Assembly (NCBI GenBank): GCA_046861655.1
Contig: JBHIAI010000045.1
Location: forward strand, 1-13,264
Origin: Fidelibacterota bacterium
Lineage (GTDB): Bacteria > Fidelibacterota > Marinisomatia > Marinisomatales > S15-B10
Length of the DNA: 13,264 nucleotides
Reading direction: 5' to 3'
Numbering within the stretch: the stretch's first letter is position 1; the number at the start of each line of letters is the position of its first letter. The position numbers and the translations under genes were made by a program. The notes under the pieces are model-generated. The model saw nothing but the letters and a program-made list of their open reading frames with translations, made no database searches and was not told where the DNA came from. This document shows positions 1 through 7,832 of the stretch, in pieces.

Positions 1-1
1 A

Positions 2-141
2 GTTCTTGCCGGCTTGTTCTGCTTCCTGGGGTTGATTGGCTGGGCAAGGTTTCGGAAAACCGATCAGCGGCGCTACCTGATTCTCACCTGCGTGGCCTAT
101 TTCCTTGCCCTGGGGGCCAAGGAAAACGCCGCACCTTTTCC
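2..141 (+). pseudogene. Internal fragment of a GT-C fold / TMTC-PMT-like polytopic membrane protein; runs off the window edge and is cut at the junction near 127-141
   Basis: Frame 2 reads VLAGLFCFLGLIGWARFRKTDQRRYLILTCVAYFLALGAKENAAPFP: TM helix, basic loop, TM helix ending in LALGAKENA, resembling the LALLSKE-x-A motif of TMTC/PMT-like glycosyltransferases. Beyond about 141 the frame is only the antisense of the glycerate kinase fragment and stops at 208. Confidence 0.55.
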
Positions 142-321
142 GGCCCCGGCAACGCGAACCCCTCCGATCTTCGAGCGGGGGATGTGCTCTCCACCGATGA
201 TGAGATGATCCCCGTGAACCCCAAGATGACGGGCAACACAGCGGGAGGCGTCCACCGCCGCCAGAGCGGCCCGGAAGATCTCCTCCAGGCGGGCCCTGTC
301 ATCCGGGCGAATTAGGCCCAT
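97..321 (-). pseudogene. N-terminal fragment of a glycerate 2-kinase (GckA/TtuD, DUF4147-MOFRL family), truncated just after the GAGK motif
   Basis: From ATG 321: MGLIRPDDRARLEEIFRAALAAVDASRCVARHL...GGVRVAGAGKGAA matches the family N-terminus (IF-x-AAL-x-AVD ... V-x-GAGKAA). It lies downstream of a D-glycerate dehydrogenase. Stop at 97-99 after 74 codons, whereas full-length members are roughly 400+ aa, and no other frame continues the similarity. Confidence 0.7.
105..152. repeat. Imperfect inverted repeat spanning the junction of the two truncated genes
   Basis: TTGCC[CTG]GGGGCC[AA]GGAAAA (105-126) pairs with TTTTCC-GGCCCC-GGCAA (136-152): 17 paired positions, two bulges, 9-nt loop CGCCGCACC. 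Confidence 0.7.
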
Positions 322-326
322 TTCAG

Positions 327-402
327 AATGGAAATTGAGAATTGAAAAATGCAATAGTAGAACACATCCGCCATCAAGGGGTTTTGAATCTTGCACGTTT
401 CA
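327..402. repeat. Roughly inverted pair of degenerate heptamer arrays around a 27-nt core
   Basis: 327-354 AATGGAA ATTGAGA ATTGAAA AATGCAA; 382-402 TTTTGAA TCTTGCA CGTTTCA, whose reverse complement TGAAACG TGCAAGA TTCAAAA resembles the left array. Confidence 0.6.
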
Positions 403-432
403 TTTCGTTCAGGAGGAACTCCTGGGGAGGAT

Positions 433-531
433 TCTTCAGTGTTCACTGTGCGCACCTCACCCCAAACTCTGGATCTCTTCATTTCTCCATTCGTTCCCGT
501 CTCGCCCTTTTCCTCACTCTTCACTCCTCAC
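433..531. repeat. Mosaic of degenerate pyrimidine-rich heptamer and octamer tandem repeats
   Basis: 433-460 TCTTCAG TGTTCAC TGTGCGC ACCTCAC; 475-508 CTCTTCAT TTCTCCAT tc GTTCCCGT CTCGCCCT; 511-531 TCCTCAC TCTTCAC TCCTCAC. Confidence 0.65.
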
Positions 532-578
532 ATTTTCCAGTAATCAATCCTCTGTGGTCTACTTGGTACCTGATCCTC

Positions 579-1610
579 CTAACCCGTCCGCCTTCGGTAG
601 GCCTCCGTTTCATAGACAGCGGGGTTTACCGTATTGGGTGCCGGTTCCTTGTTCAGCAGGGCGAGGGCGTTCCGGGCGGCCATAAGGGCCATTTCGGCCC
701 GGGTGGCCCGGCTGGCACTGGCGATATGGGGAACCAGGACCACATTGTCCAGGTCCGCCAGCCCTTGGGCCATACGGGGTTCATTTTCGTAAACATCCAG
801 AGCCGCACCGGCGATTTCACCGTTATCTAGAGCCCACACCAGAGCCTTTTCATCCACCACCGGGCCCCGGGAGGCGTTGATGAGATAGGCGCTGGGCTTC
901 ATCCGCCTTAACTCATCCTTGCCGATCAAATGGTGAGTCTCTTCGGTGAGAAGGCAGTGAAGGGTGATGAAATCACTTTCTTCTAAAAGAACATCGAGCT
1001 CAGCATACTCTACCCCCTCCGTTTTCGTGATGGCTTCCTTCGCGGGAGGATCGTAGGCCAGAACGCGCATGTGGAACCCCGTCGACCGGCGGTGAACGGC
1101 CCGTCCGATTCGACCGTACCCGACAATCCCCAGGGTTTTGGCTTCTCCTCTGGGTCCGGGACTGATATCACTACCCAGGAAAAGGTTGGGACCCCACAGC
1201 TTATACTTCCCGGCGACCATGTAGTTGTGAGCGTGGGGAATTCTCCGGGCGACGGCCATCAGCAGGGCCCACGACAGGTCAGCCGTCGTTTCCGTCAGCA
1301 CCCCCGGGGTGTTCGTGACAGGGATCCCCAGCTCGGTGGCGGCCTCAACGTCGATATTGTTGAATCCCACCGCATAGTTGGCAATACCCAGAAGGTGTTC
1401 ACCCGCTTCCATCAGAGTCCTGTCGATGGTTTCGGTCAATAAGGGCAACAAAACCCTGCATCGCTTGATTTCCTTGAGCAAGGTGCCCCGGTCGGGACCG
1501 GCGTCCTCAGGTCCGGACCATACCCGGTAACTGGCTTTCTCGCTCAGAAGGTCTAGCCCCTCGGAACGAATCTTCCGGGTAACGAATATATCGGCGCTTT
1601 CACTGGACAT
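579..1610 (-). CDS. gyaR: D-glycerate dehydrogenase / glyoxylate-hydroxypyruvate reductase (D-2-hydroxyacid dehydrogenase family)
   Basis: Motifs NYAVGFNNIDV, VTNTPGVLTETTADL, Rossmann GIVGYGRIG, LINASRGPVVDE, AALDVYENEP and catalytic PHIASAS. SD AAGGAG lies 7 nt upstream of the ATG. Confidence 0.88.
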   Translation of the reverse strand: MSSESADIFVTRKIRSEGLDLLSEKASYRVWSGPEDAGPDRGTLLKEIKRCRVLLPLLTETIDRTLMEAGEHLLGIANYAVGFNNIDVEAATELGIPVTNTPGVLTETTADLSWALLMAVARRIPHAHNYMVAGKYKLWGPNLFLGSDISPGPRGEAKTLGIVGYGRIGRAVHRRSTGFHMRVLAYDPPAKEAITKTEGVEYAELDVLLEESDFITLHCLLTEETHHLIGKDELRRMKPSAYLINASRGPVVDEKALVWALDNGEIAGAALDVYENEPRMAQGLADLDNVVLVPHIASASRATRAEMALMAARNALALLNKEPAPNTVNPAVYETEAYRRRTG

Positions 1611-1643
1611 GGTTCGTCTCCTTACGGTGAGCGGTACAGGGTA

Positions 1644-1672
1644 AAGTTAAACGACTCCCGGCAGTCCCACAA
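1644..1672 (-). promoter_or_regulatory. Putative sigma-70 promoter for the gyaR / glycerate kinase unit
   Basis: Minus strand TTGTGG (1672-1667), 17-nt spacer, TAACTT (1649-1644), about 33 nt upstream of the gyaR ATG. The spacer holds the near-palindrome GACTCCCGGCAGTC (1653-1666). Confidence 0.45.
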
Positions 1673-1703
1673 TACGCATGACGAGGCAGTTGGCAGCGCC
1701 CCA

Positions 1704-1717
1704 CGAACACGAGTTTA
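1704..1717. promoter_or_regulatory. Possible LexA/SOS box of the GAAC-N4-GTTC type upstream of uvrB
   Basis: CGAACACGAGTTTA = GAAC-N4-GTTT, one mismatch to the Cheo-box core, ending 24 nt upstream of the uvrB -35. The LexA motif of this lineage is unknown to me. Confidence 0.3.
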
Positions 1718-1741
1718 TGAACATAATTCTGACTCTATTTC

Positions 1742-1770
1742 TTGACAAACCCCTCGAGCAGGGGTAAATT
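1742..1770 (+). promoter_or_regulatory. Sigma-70 promoter of uvrB
   Basis: Perfect TTGACA (1742-1747), 17-nt spacer, TAAATT (1765-1770), ending 10 nt before ATG 1781. The spacer contains the inverted repeat ACCCCT-N5-AGGGGT (1749-1765). Confidence 0.75.
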
Positions 1771-1780
1771 TTCAGACATT

Positions 1781-3781
1781 ATGGCAGATTTTCGGATCCA
1801 GAGCGATTTCCAGCCTACGGAGGACCAGGAGAGGGCTATCGGTCAGCTGGTGCGGGGGATTCAGTCGGGGGACAGGTATCAGACCCTGTTGGGTGTCACC
1901 GGGAGTGGGAAAACCTTCACCATGGCCCAGGTGATCCAGTCTGTCCAGAGACCCACCATCGTCATTTCACACAACAAGACGCTGGCGGCTCAGCTTTACG
2001 GGGAGTTCAAGTCCCTGTTTCCCCAGAATGCGGTGGAGTATTTTATCAGCTACTATGACTATTATCAGCCCGAAGCCTACTTGCCCATCACCGACACTTA
2101 CATCGAAAAGGATTCTTCCATCAATGAAGAAATAGATAAGCTGAGACTGAAGGCCACCAGTTCCCTGCTGGAACGGCGTGACGTCATCGTTGTGAGCAGC
2201 GTCTCGTGCATATACGGTATCGGTTCGCCCAGCGAATACAAGGAAAAGGTCGTTCATATCTCCAGAGGTGAGAGGCTGAAAAGGAGGGACTTTTTCAAGT
2301 CACTCATAGATATTTACTATGTCCGGAACGACTCCGTTCTGGAACGGGGAAGGTTCCGGGTTCTGGGTGACACCATAGAACTTTTTCCCGCGTACGAGGA
2401 CGTGGCGGTAAGGGTGGAAACCTTCGGTGATGAAATCGAGGGCCTGGTTTCCTTCGATCCCCTCACGGGTGAGATTCAGCGGTCGATCGATTCGCTCACC
2501 ATCTATCCTGCCAAACACTTTGTGACGGATGAGACCCAGATTCAGGGGATTGTGGAGGATATCCGCAGGGAACTGAAGGATCGACTGGATGAACTGAGGT
2601 CCCAGGGAAAACTACTGGAAGCCCAACGCCTGGAGCAGAGGACCCATTTCGACCTGGAAATGATGCTGGAGGTTGGGTACTGTTCAGGGATCGAGAATTA
2701 TTCCAGGTATTTTTCCGGTAGGGCTCCCGGGCAGCGTCCCTGGACACTTCTCGATTTTTTCCCCGATGACTACATGGTCTTTATCGACGAATCCCATGTT
2801 ACCCTTCCCCAGCTGGAGGGAATGTATGAAGGTGACCGGAGCCGGAAGGAGGTTCTGGTGGAGTACGGATTTCGCCTGCCGTCGGCTCTGGACAATCGCC
2901 CCATGAAGATCGGTGAATTCGAAGAGACTGTCAACCAGGTGGTATTCGTCTCCGCCACACCGGGAGACCGGGAGTTGGCCAAGAGCCACGGAGTGATCGT
3001 GGAGCAACTGGTCCGCCCGACGGGACTCGTCGACCCTGAAATCTCGGTCAGGCCCACCCAGGGTCAGATCGATGACCTCATCGGTGAGATAAGAAAAAGG
3101 GTTAAGGCCCGGGAGAGGATTCTGGTCACCACCCTCACCAAGCGCATGGCCGAGGATCTCACCGAGTACCTGATGGGAACGAACCTGAGGGTTCGGTACC
3201 TTCATTCGGAGATCGACTCGCTGGACAGGGTGAAGATTCTGAGGGACCTTCGGCTGGGGGAATTCGATGTTTTGGTGGGGATTAACCTTTTGCGGGAAGG
3301 ACTGGATCTCCCCGAGGTGTCCCTGGTGGCGGTGCTGGATGCGGACAAGGAGGGATTCTTGAGGTCCAGGACTTCCCTGATGCAGGTGGCGGGCCGGGCC
3401 TCCCGGAACGTGAACGGGATGGTCGTATTCTACGCCGATCGCATCACCCGGTCCATGAAGTCTGTCATCGATGAATCCAACCGCCGGCGGGAGGTTCAGC
3501 TGGAGTACAACCGGAAACACGGGATTACCCCTCGCTCCATTTTCAAATCGGTTGAGGATGTTATGACCACCACGTCGGTGGCGGACGCCTTCCGGGAAAG
3601 TTCAGCAGGGGTCTACGAAAAGAGGGAAGATCTCCTCACCCGTCTGGATGAAGCCGAGGCCGTGGACGTGCTCAAGGCCGAAATGGTTAAGGCGGCGGAA
3701 AACCTGGAATTCGAAAAGGCCGCTGTCTTGAGGGATGAGATTGAGCGACTTAGGAGGGAGGAGAAAAGGGCGAAACGATGA
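1781..3781 (+). CDS. uvrB: Excinuclease ABC subunit B
   Basis: Walker [19 protein letters not shown], beta-hairpin [41 protein letters not shown] and C-terminal UVR domain ([17 protein letters not shown]). Start moved from TTG 1742, which is the -35 box, to ATG 1781 ([12 protein letters not shown]). Confidence 0.98.
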   Translation: MADFRIQSDFQPTEDQERAIGQLVRGIQSGDRYQTLLGVTGSGKTFTMAQVIQSVQRPTIVISHNKTLAAQLYGEFKSLFPQNAVEYFISYYDYYQPEAYLPITDTYIEKDSSINEEIDKLRLKATSSLLERRDVIVVSSVSCIYGIGSPSEYKEKVVHISRGERLKRRDFFKSLIDIYYVRNDSVLERGRFRVLGDTIELFPAYEDVAVRVETFGDEIEGLVSFDPLTGEIQRSIDSLTIYPAKHFVTDETQIQGIVEDIRRELKDRLDELRSQGKLLEAQRLEQRTHFDLEMMLEVGYCSGIENYSRYFSGRAPGQRPWTLLDFFPDDYMVFIDESHVTLPQLEGMYEGDRSRKEVLVEYGFRLPSALDNRPMKIGEFEETVNQVVFVSATPGDRELAKSHGVIVEQLVRPTGLVDPEISVRPTQGQIDDLIGEIRKRVKARERILVTTLTKRMAEDLTEYLMGTNLRVRYLHSEIDSLDRVKILRDLRLGEFDVLVGINLLREGLDLPEVSLVAVLDADKEGFLRSRTSLMQVAGRASRNVNGMVVFYADRITRSMKSVIDESNRRREVQLEYNRKHGITPRSIFKSVEDVMTTTSVADAFRESSAGVYEKREDLLTRLDEAEAVDVLKAEMVKAAENLEFEKAAVLRDEIERLRREEKRAKR

Positions 3782-4713
3782 AGATTCTGGTGACTGGAGG
3801 GGCGGGGTTTATCGGGTCTCACGTTCAGGATGCCTACCTGAAGGCCGGCCATCAGGTGGCTGTGCTGGATAATCTCTCAACAGGACAGAAGGAGTTCATC
3901 CATCCAGACGCCATCTTTTATCGTGCCGACATCCGGGATGCCCGCGAGGTTTTCGGCATCCTGGACGGGGGAAACTTCGACGTGGTAAATCACCATGCGG
4001 CCCAGATGGACGTGAGGGCCTCGGTCCGGGACCCCGCCTACGATGCGTCCGTCAATATCCTCGGAGGGCTGAACCTTCTGGAGGCGGCGGTGAAAACGGG
4101 AGTCAAACAGTTCATATTTGCCTCTACGGGTGGAGCCATCTACGGAGAGCAAAACACCTTCCCTGCCCCGGAAGATCATCCTCTGAGTCCTGAATCTCCC
4201 TACGGTGTTTCCAAGCTATCGCTGGAGAAATACTGTGACTTCTACACCCGGACGTACGGTCTTCGCGCCTTTATCCTGAGATACGGCAATGTCTACGGTC
4301 CCAGGCAAAACCCCCACGGCGAAGCGGGCGTCGTGGCTATTTTCTCGGAGAAGCTCGTCCGTGGTGAGACTCCCACCATTCACGGTGACGGGGAGCAGAC
4401 CCGGGATTTTGTCCATGTCTCCGACGCGGTACGAGCCAATCTGATGGCTCTCGAATTCGACGGAAACGCCGTGACCAATATCGGCACGGGAGTAGAAAGC
4501 AACATCAATACCGTTTTCCGTCATCTGGTGGCATGCACTGGGAACTCCGCGGAAGCCAAACACGGCCCTCCGAAGAAAGGTGAACAGCGGCGAAGCGTTC
4601 TGGATTATTCCCGGGTGAAGACCCTTCTCGGATGGGAGCCCACGGTCGGTATCCGGGAGGGGCTCCGGCAGACGTACCGGTATTTTGCAGACAGGAGGTC
4701 CAAAAGCCAGTGA
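3778..4713 (+). CDS. NAD-dependent nucleotide-sugar epimerase/dehydratase (UDP-glucose 4-epimerase-like extended SDR)
   Basis: [37 protein letters not shown], catalytic [37 protein letters not shown] overlap with the uvrB stop. Confidence 0.92.
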   Translation: MKILVTGGAGFIGSHVQDAYLKAGHQVAVLDNLSTGQKEFIHPDAIFYRADIRDAREVFGILDGGNFDVVNHHAAQMDVRASVRDPAYDASVNILGGLNLLEAAVKTGVKQFIFASTGGAIYGEQNTFPAPEDHPLSPESPYGVSKLSLEKYCDFYTRTYGLRAFILRYGNVYGPRQNPHGEAGVVAIFSEKLVRGETPTIHGDGEQTRDFVHVSDAVRANLMALEFDGNAVTNIGTGVESNINTVFRHLVACTGNSAEAKHGPPKKGEQRRSVLDYSRVKTLLGWEPTVGIREGLRQTYRYFADRRSKSQ

Positions 4714-5912
4714 CGGATCTGGGTCAGGTTCGGAAGTTGTCGGGCATCCTGGGGAACAGTGATGCCATCGAGCAGGTGCTGGAGATGACTGTCCAGATCG
4801 CTCCGGTGGACATGTCCGTCCTGATCTCAGGAGAATCGGGCACAGGGAAGGAAATGGTAGCCAGGGCCATCCACAGAATGAGCCGCCGATCCAATCGTCC
4901 CATGCTCACGGTGAACTGCGGTGCCATCCCCGAAGGGATCATTGAAAGTGAATTGTTCGGTCACAAGAAAGGGGCGTTTACCGGCTCAACGGAGGACAGG
5001 AAGGGATATTTTGAAGAGGCCCACATGGGGACTCTTCTGCTGGACGAGATCGGGGAAATGCCTTTGGGGACGCAGGTGAAACTTCTTCGTGTTCTTGAAA
5101 CAGGCGAGTTCATGAGAGTGGGGGAGACCCGGACCCGGAAGGCGGACGTCAGGGTCATCGCTGCCACGAACAAGGATCTTGCGAAGGAATGTGAGAAAGG
5201 ATCCTTCAGGAAAGATCTTTATTTCAGGCTGCGGACGGTTACCATAGATATGCCTCCCCTTCGCCACAGGCTGGAAGACCTGGACCTTCTGGTGGAACGT
5301 TTTGCCCTGGAGTTCTCACGGAGTAATGACATCGTGTTCAGGGGGTTCACCTCCGATGCTATCCGGGTGATGAAACAGTACGACTGGCCTGGAAACGTAC
5401 GGGAACTCAAGAACTTTGTGGAACGGGTCATCGTTCTGGAAAAGGGAAATCGACTCTCCAGCGACCATGTCCTCAAACACCTCAGTCCCATGGTGGGAGA
5501 AGCTTCTCCCAACCTTCCCGTCCCCATCGATAAAGAATCGGACCAGGCAGAGCGGGAACTGATTCTCCATCAGCTCCTTTTCCTCAGAAAGGATGTCCGC
5601 GATCTGAGGTCCATCCTCACCGGAGAGAATCTGGACCGAACCGGTGAGGTGGGAAGCTGGCTTCCTGGAGAAGTTCTTACCCGGCCGTCAGGGGAGGTGA
5701 TCACCCGGGATCCCGACACCATCGTTCATTCTGGGGCAGTCGGTGAGGTTTCATTGAAGGATGTGGAGAAGGAACTCATTGAACGGACCCTGAAGAAATT
5801 CAACAACAACCGCCGGAAGACCGCGGAAGTGCTGAAGGTAAGTGAGCGAACCCTCTACCGGAAAATCAATGAGTATGGATTGGAGAAAAAGCAAAAGCCC
5901 AGGTCAGACTAA
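4710..5912 (+). CDS. Sigma-54-interacting AAA+ transcriptional regulator with Fis-type HTH and no N-terminal receiver/sensor domain
   Basis: Walker A GESGTGKE, ESELFGHKKGAFTGS, Walker B LLLDEIGEM, FRKDLYFRL, WPGNVREL, C-terminal NRRKTAEVLKVSERTLYRKI. Start placed at GTG 4710 (GTGA overlap with the upstream stop; AGGAGG at 4693-4698) rather than 4632. Confidence 0.92.
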   Translation: MTDLGQVRKLSGILGNSDAIEQVLEMTVQIAPVDMSVLISGESGTGKEMVARAIHRMSRRSNRPMLTVNCGAIPEGIIESELFGHKKGAFTGSTEDRKGYFEEAHMGTLLLDEIGEMPLGTQVKLLRVLETGEFMRVGETRTRKADVRVIAATNKDLAKECEKGSFRKDLYFRLRTVTIDMPPLRHRLEDLDLLVERFALEFSRSNDIVFRGFTSDAIRVMKQYDWPGNVRELKNFVERVIVLEKGNRLSSDHVLKHLSPMVGEASPNLPVPIDKESDQAERELILHQLLFLRKDVRDLRSILTGENLDRTGEVGSWLPGEVLTRPSGEVITRDPDTIVHSGAVGEVSLKDVEKELIERTLKKFNNNRRKTAEVLKVSERTLYRKINEYGLEKKQKPRSD

Positions 5913-6480
5913 GAGACTGGGTCGTTCGATCTTCCTGGTTTGCGCGGCAGCGGTGCTGGTGGGAATGAACAGCTGCGGATTTTACTCGTTCACGGGAGCC
6001 ATTCCCCCCCATATCAGGACTATCAACATTCCCCTTTTCATCAATGAAACGGCGGAATTTGGGATAGCCGAGGCGGTGACCGACGAGGTGACCAATGTAT
6101 TTATCCAGGAGAATATCCTGAAGGTCAAGCGGTCCGAGCAGTCTGATTCCGAGCTGAGAGGGACTATCCGAAAAGTGGCGGACACACCCTACACCTATTC
6201 AGAGGCTGAGGAAGTTATCGATTACCGGTTGACCATTTCGGTGGACGTGGAATGGTTTGACATGGCCAGGGAGGAGACCCTGCTGAAGAAAAGCTACAGC
6301 GGCTGGGGAACCTACAGCCTGACCCAGGATTTTTCATCGGACGGCGTTGACAACGATCAGGATGGGCTCATAGATGCGGAAGACCCCGATGAACTGGGGG
6401 ATCCCCGGACGCTGGCGGCAAAAGTGGCAGTGGGGAAAATCGCCGCAGACATCATTAGCGACATCGTTTCCACGTGGTAG
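5875..6480 (+). CDS. lptE: LptE-family LPS-assembly lipoprotein (FCB type); start codon uncertain (5869 or 5875)
   Basis: Basic N-region, hydrophobic stretch and lipobox-like MNSC followed by [25 protein letters not shown]. Also [18 protein letters not shown] and a terminal helix [13 protein letters not shown]. Located directly after the receiver-less sigma-54 regulator, as in Bacteroidota. Confidence 0.72.
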   Translation: MDWRKSKSPGQTKRLGRSIFLVCAAAVLVGMNSCGFYSFTGAIPPHIRTINIPLFINETAEFGIAEAVTDEVTNVFIQENILKVKRSEQSDSELRGTIRKVADTPYTYSEAEEVIDYRLTISVDVEWFDMAREETLLKKSYSGWGTYSLTQDFSSDGVDNDQDGLIDAEDPDELGDPRTLAAKVAVGKIAADIISDIVSTW

Positions 6481-6510
6481 GAGTGCAGGGTTCGAACCCT
6501 ACACTCCTAA
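6477..6510. repeat. GTAG-led near-perfect palindrome (REP-like hairpin) between lptE and asnS
   Basis: TAGGAGTGCAGGGTTC|GAACCCTACACTCCTA (6478-6509): 16-bp arms with 1 mismatch and no spacer. It includes the lptE stop and ends just before the asnS SD. Confidence 0.75.
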
Positions 6511-6523
6511 GGGAGGAATGACT

Positions 6524-7816
6524 GTGAAACATACCTACATTGCCGACTTACCTGACCTTGTTGATGAAGAGGTGACCCTCCACGGATGGGTCTACAACAA
6601 ACGTTCCAGTGGAAAAATCTGGTTTCTCATCCTGCGGGATGGTACGGGATACGCCCAGTGCGTGATCGCCAAGGGGAGGGCTCCTGAGAACGTTTTCAAC
6701 CTGGATCAGGTTCTCACGCAGGAGTCGAGTGTGACCGTGACCGGGACGGTCCGCAAAGACGACCGGGCCGTTGGTGGATACGAACTGGACTGCAGCGATA
6801 TGGTGGTTCACCAGATTACCAAAGATTATCCCATAACCAAGAAGGAGCATGGAACGGCCTTTCTCATGGATCACCGCCATCTCTGGCTTCGTTCACGGCA
6901 GCAGTACGCCATCGCGAGAGTCCGGCACCAGGTCATCCGGGCCTGCCACGATTTTCTGGATGACAACGGATTTACCCAGGTCGATACCCCCATATTCACC
7001 GCCAATCCCTGCGAGGGAACGACTACCTTGTTTGAAACCGATTATTTCGGACAGAAGGCCTATCTCACCCAGAGTGGACAGCTGTACAACGAGGCGGCCA
7101 TCATGGCCGTGGGAAAGACCTACTGTTTCGGCCCCACCTTCCGGGCGGAAAAATCCAAAACACGGAGACACCTCACAGAATTCTGGATGCTTGAACCGGA
7201 AATGGCCTATTGCGATCTGGATGAAAACATGGAATGGGCGGAAAAACTCATCGAGTATGCTGTGCACCGGGTTCTGGACCGGTGCGGTGAGGAGTTGGAC
7301 ATCCTGGAACGGGAGAGGTCCAAACTGGAGGCGGTGAAAGTCCCTTTCGTCCGGATATCCTACAACGAAGCCGTGGATGTTCTCCACAAGGCGGGCGAGA
7401 AGTTTGAATGGGGCGATGATTTCGGAGGGGGCCACGAAACGGTTCTTTCAGAGCAATTCGAGGGCCCCATCATTGTCCATCGATTCCCCGCCGCTATCAA
7501 GGCCTTCTACATGAAGCGGGACCCCGAAGACTCCAAGCTGGCCCTGGGCATGGATATTCTCGCTCCAGAAGGTTATGGAGAGATCGTGGGGGGAGGCCAG
7601 CGGGAAGAGGACTACCGAACGACCCTGCGGCGCATCAGGGAAGAAAAACTTTCTGAATCGGACTTTGACTGGTACCTGGACCTCCGGAGATACGGCTCCG
7701 TTCCCCACTCAGGATTCGGACTGGGCCTCGAACGGTGTGTGTCGTGGATTTGCGGTCTGGCCCACCTGAGGGAGAGCATCGCCTTTCCCAGAATGATCTA
7801 CAGACTGGAGCCGTGA
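6524..7816 (+). CDS. asnS: Asparagine--tRNA ligase
   Basis: OB-fold [40 protein letters not shown], motif 2 [21 protein letters not shown], motif 3 [19 protein letters not shown] (6511-6516) is 7 nt from GTG 6524 and only 1 nt from ATG 6518, so GTG is the likelier start. Confidence 0.96.
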   Translation: MKHTYIADLPDLVDEEVTLHGWVYNKRSSGKIWFLILRDGTGYAQCVIAKGRAPENVFNLDQVLTQESSVTVTGTVRKDDRAVGGYELDCSDMVVHQITKDYPITKKEHGTAFLMDHRHLWLRSRQQYAIARVRHQVIRACHDFLDDNGFTQVDTPIFTANPCEGTTTLFETDYFGQKAYLTQSGQLYNEAAIMAVGKTYCFGPTFRAEKSKTRRHLTEFWMLEPEMAYCDLDENMEWAEKLIEYAVHRVLDRCGEELDILERERSKLEAVKVPFVRISYNEAVDVLHKAGEKFEWGDDFGGGHETVLSEQFEGPIIVHRFPAAIKAFYMKRDPEDSKLALGMDILAPEGYGEIVGGGQREEDYRTTLRRIREEKLSESDFDWYLDLRRYGSVPHSGFGLGLERCVSWICGLAHLRESIAFPRMIYRLEP

Positions 7817-7832
7817 GACCGGCCCGGCGGAG

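Noticed and set aside
1..135. Frameshifted continuation of the glycerate kinase on the minus strand
   Set aside because: One alternative frame stops at 84-86 and the other (VFLGPQGKEIGHAGENQ...) shows no kinase motif; the plus strand explains this DNA better.
97..396. 99-aa ORF starting at 396 as an intact small protein
   Set aside because: The first 25 codons run through the repeat arrays; family resemblance starts near ATG 321 and ends at the junction.
312..830. ORFs 312..524 (-), 335..685 (+) and 342..830 (+) as real genes
   Set aside because: Their translations are low-complexity products of the heptamer/octamer arrays or antisense to gyaR, with no recognisable motif.
6478..6509. tRNA gene or tRNA-derived att site suggested by GGTTCGAACCC
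   Set aside because: No cloverleaf, the 5-bp T-stem does not form around a 7-nt loop on either strand, there is no CCA end and no integrase nearby.
1742..6523. ORF-track starts at 1742 (uvrB), 4632 (regulator), 5842 (lptE) and 6374 (asnS)
   Set aside because: They add non-homologous extensions that overlap a promoter or upstream genes; downstream starts fit SD spacing, coupling and family N-termini better.
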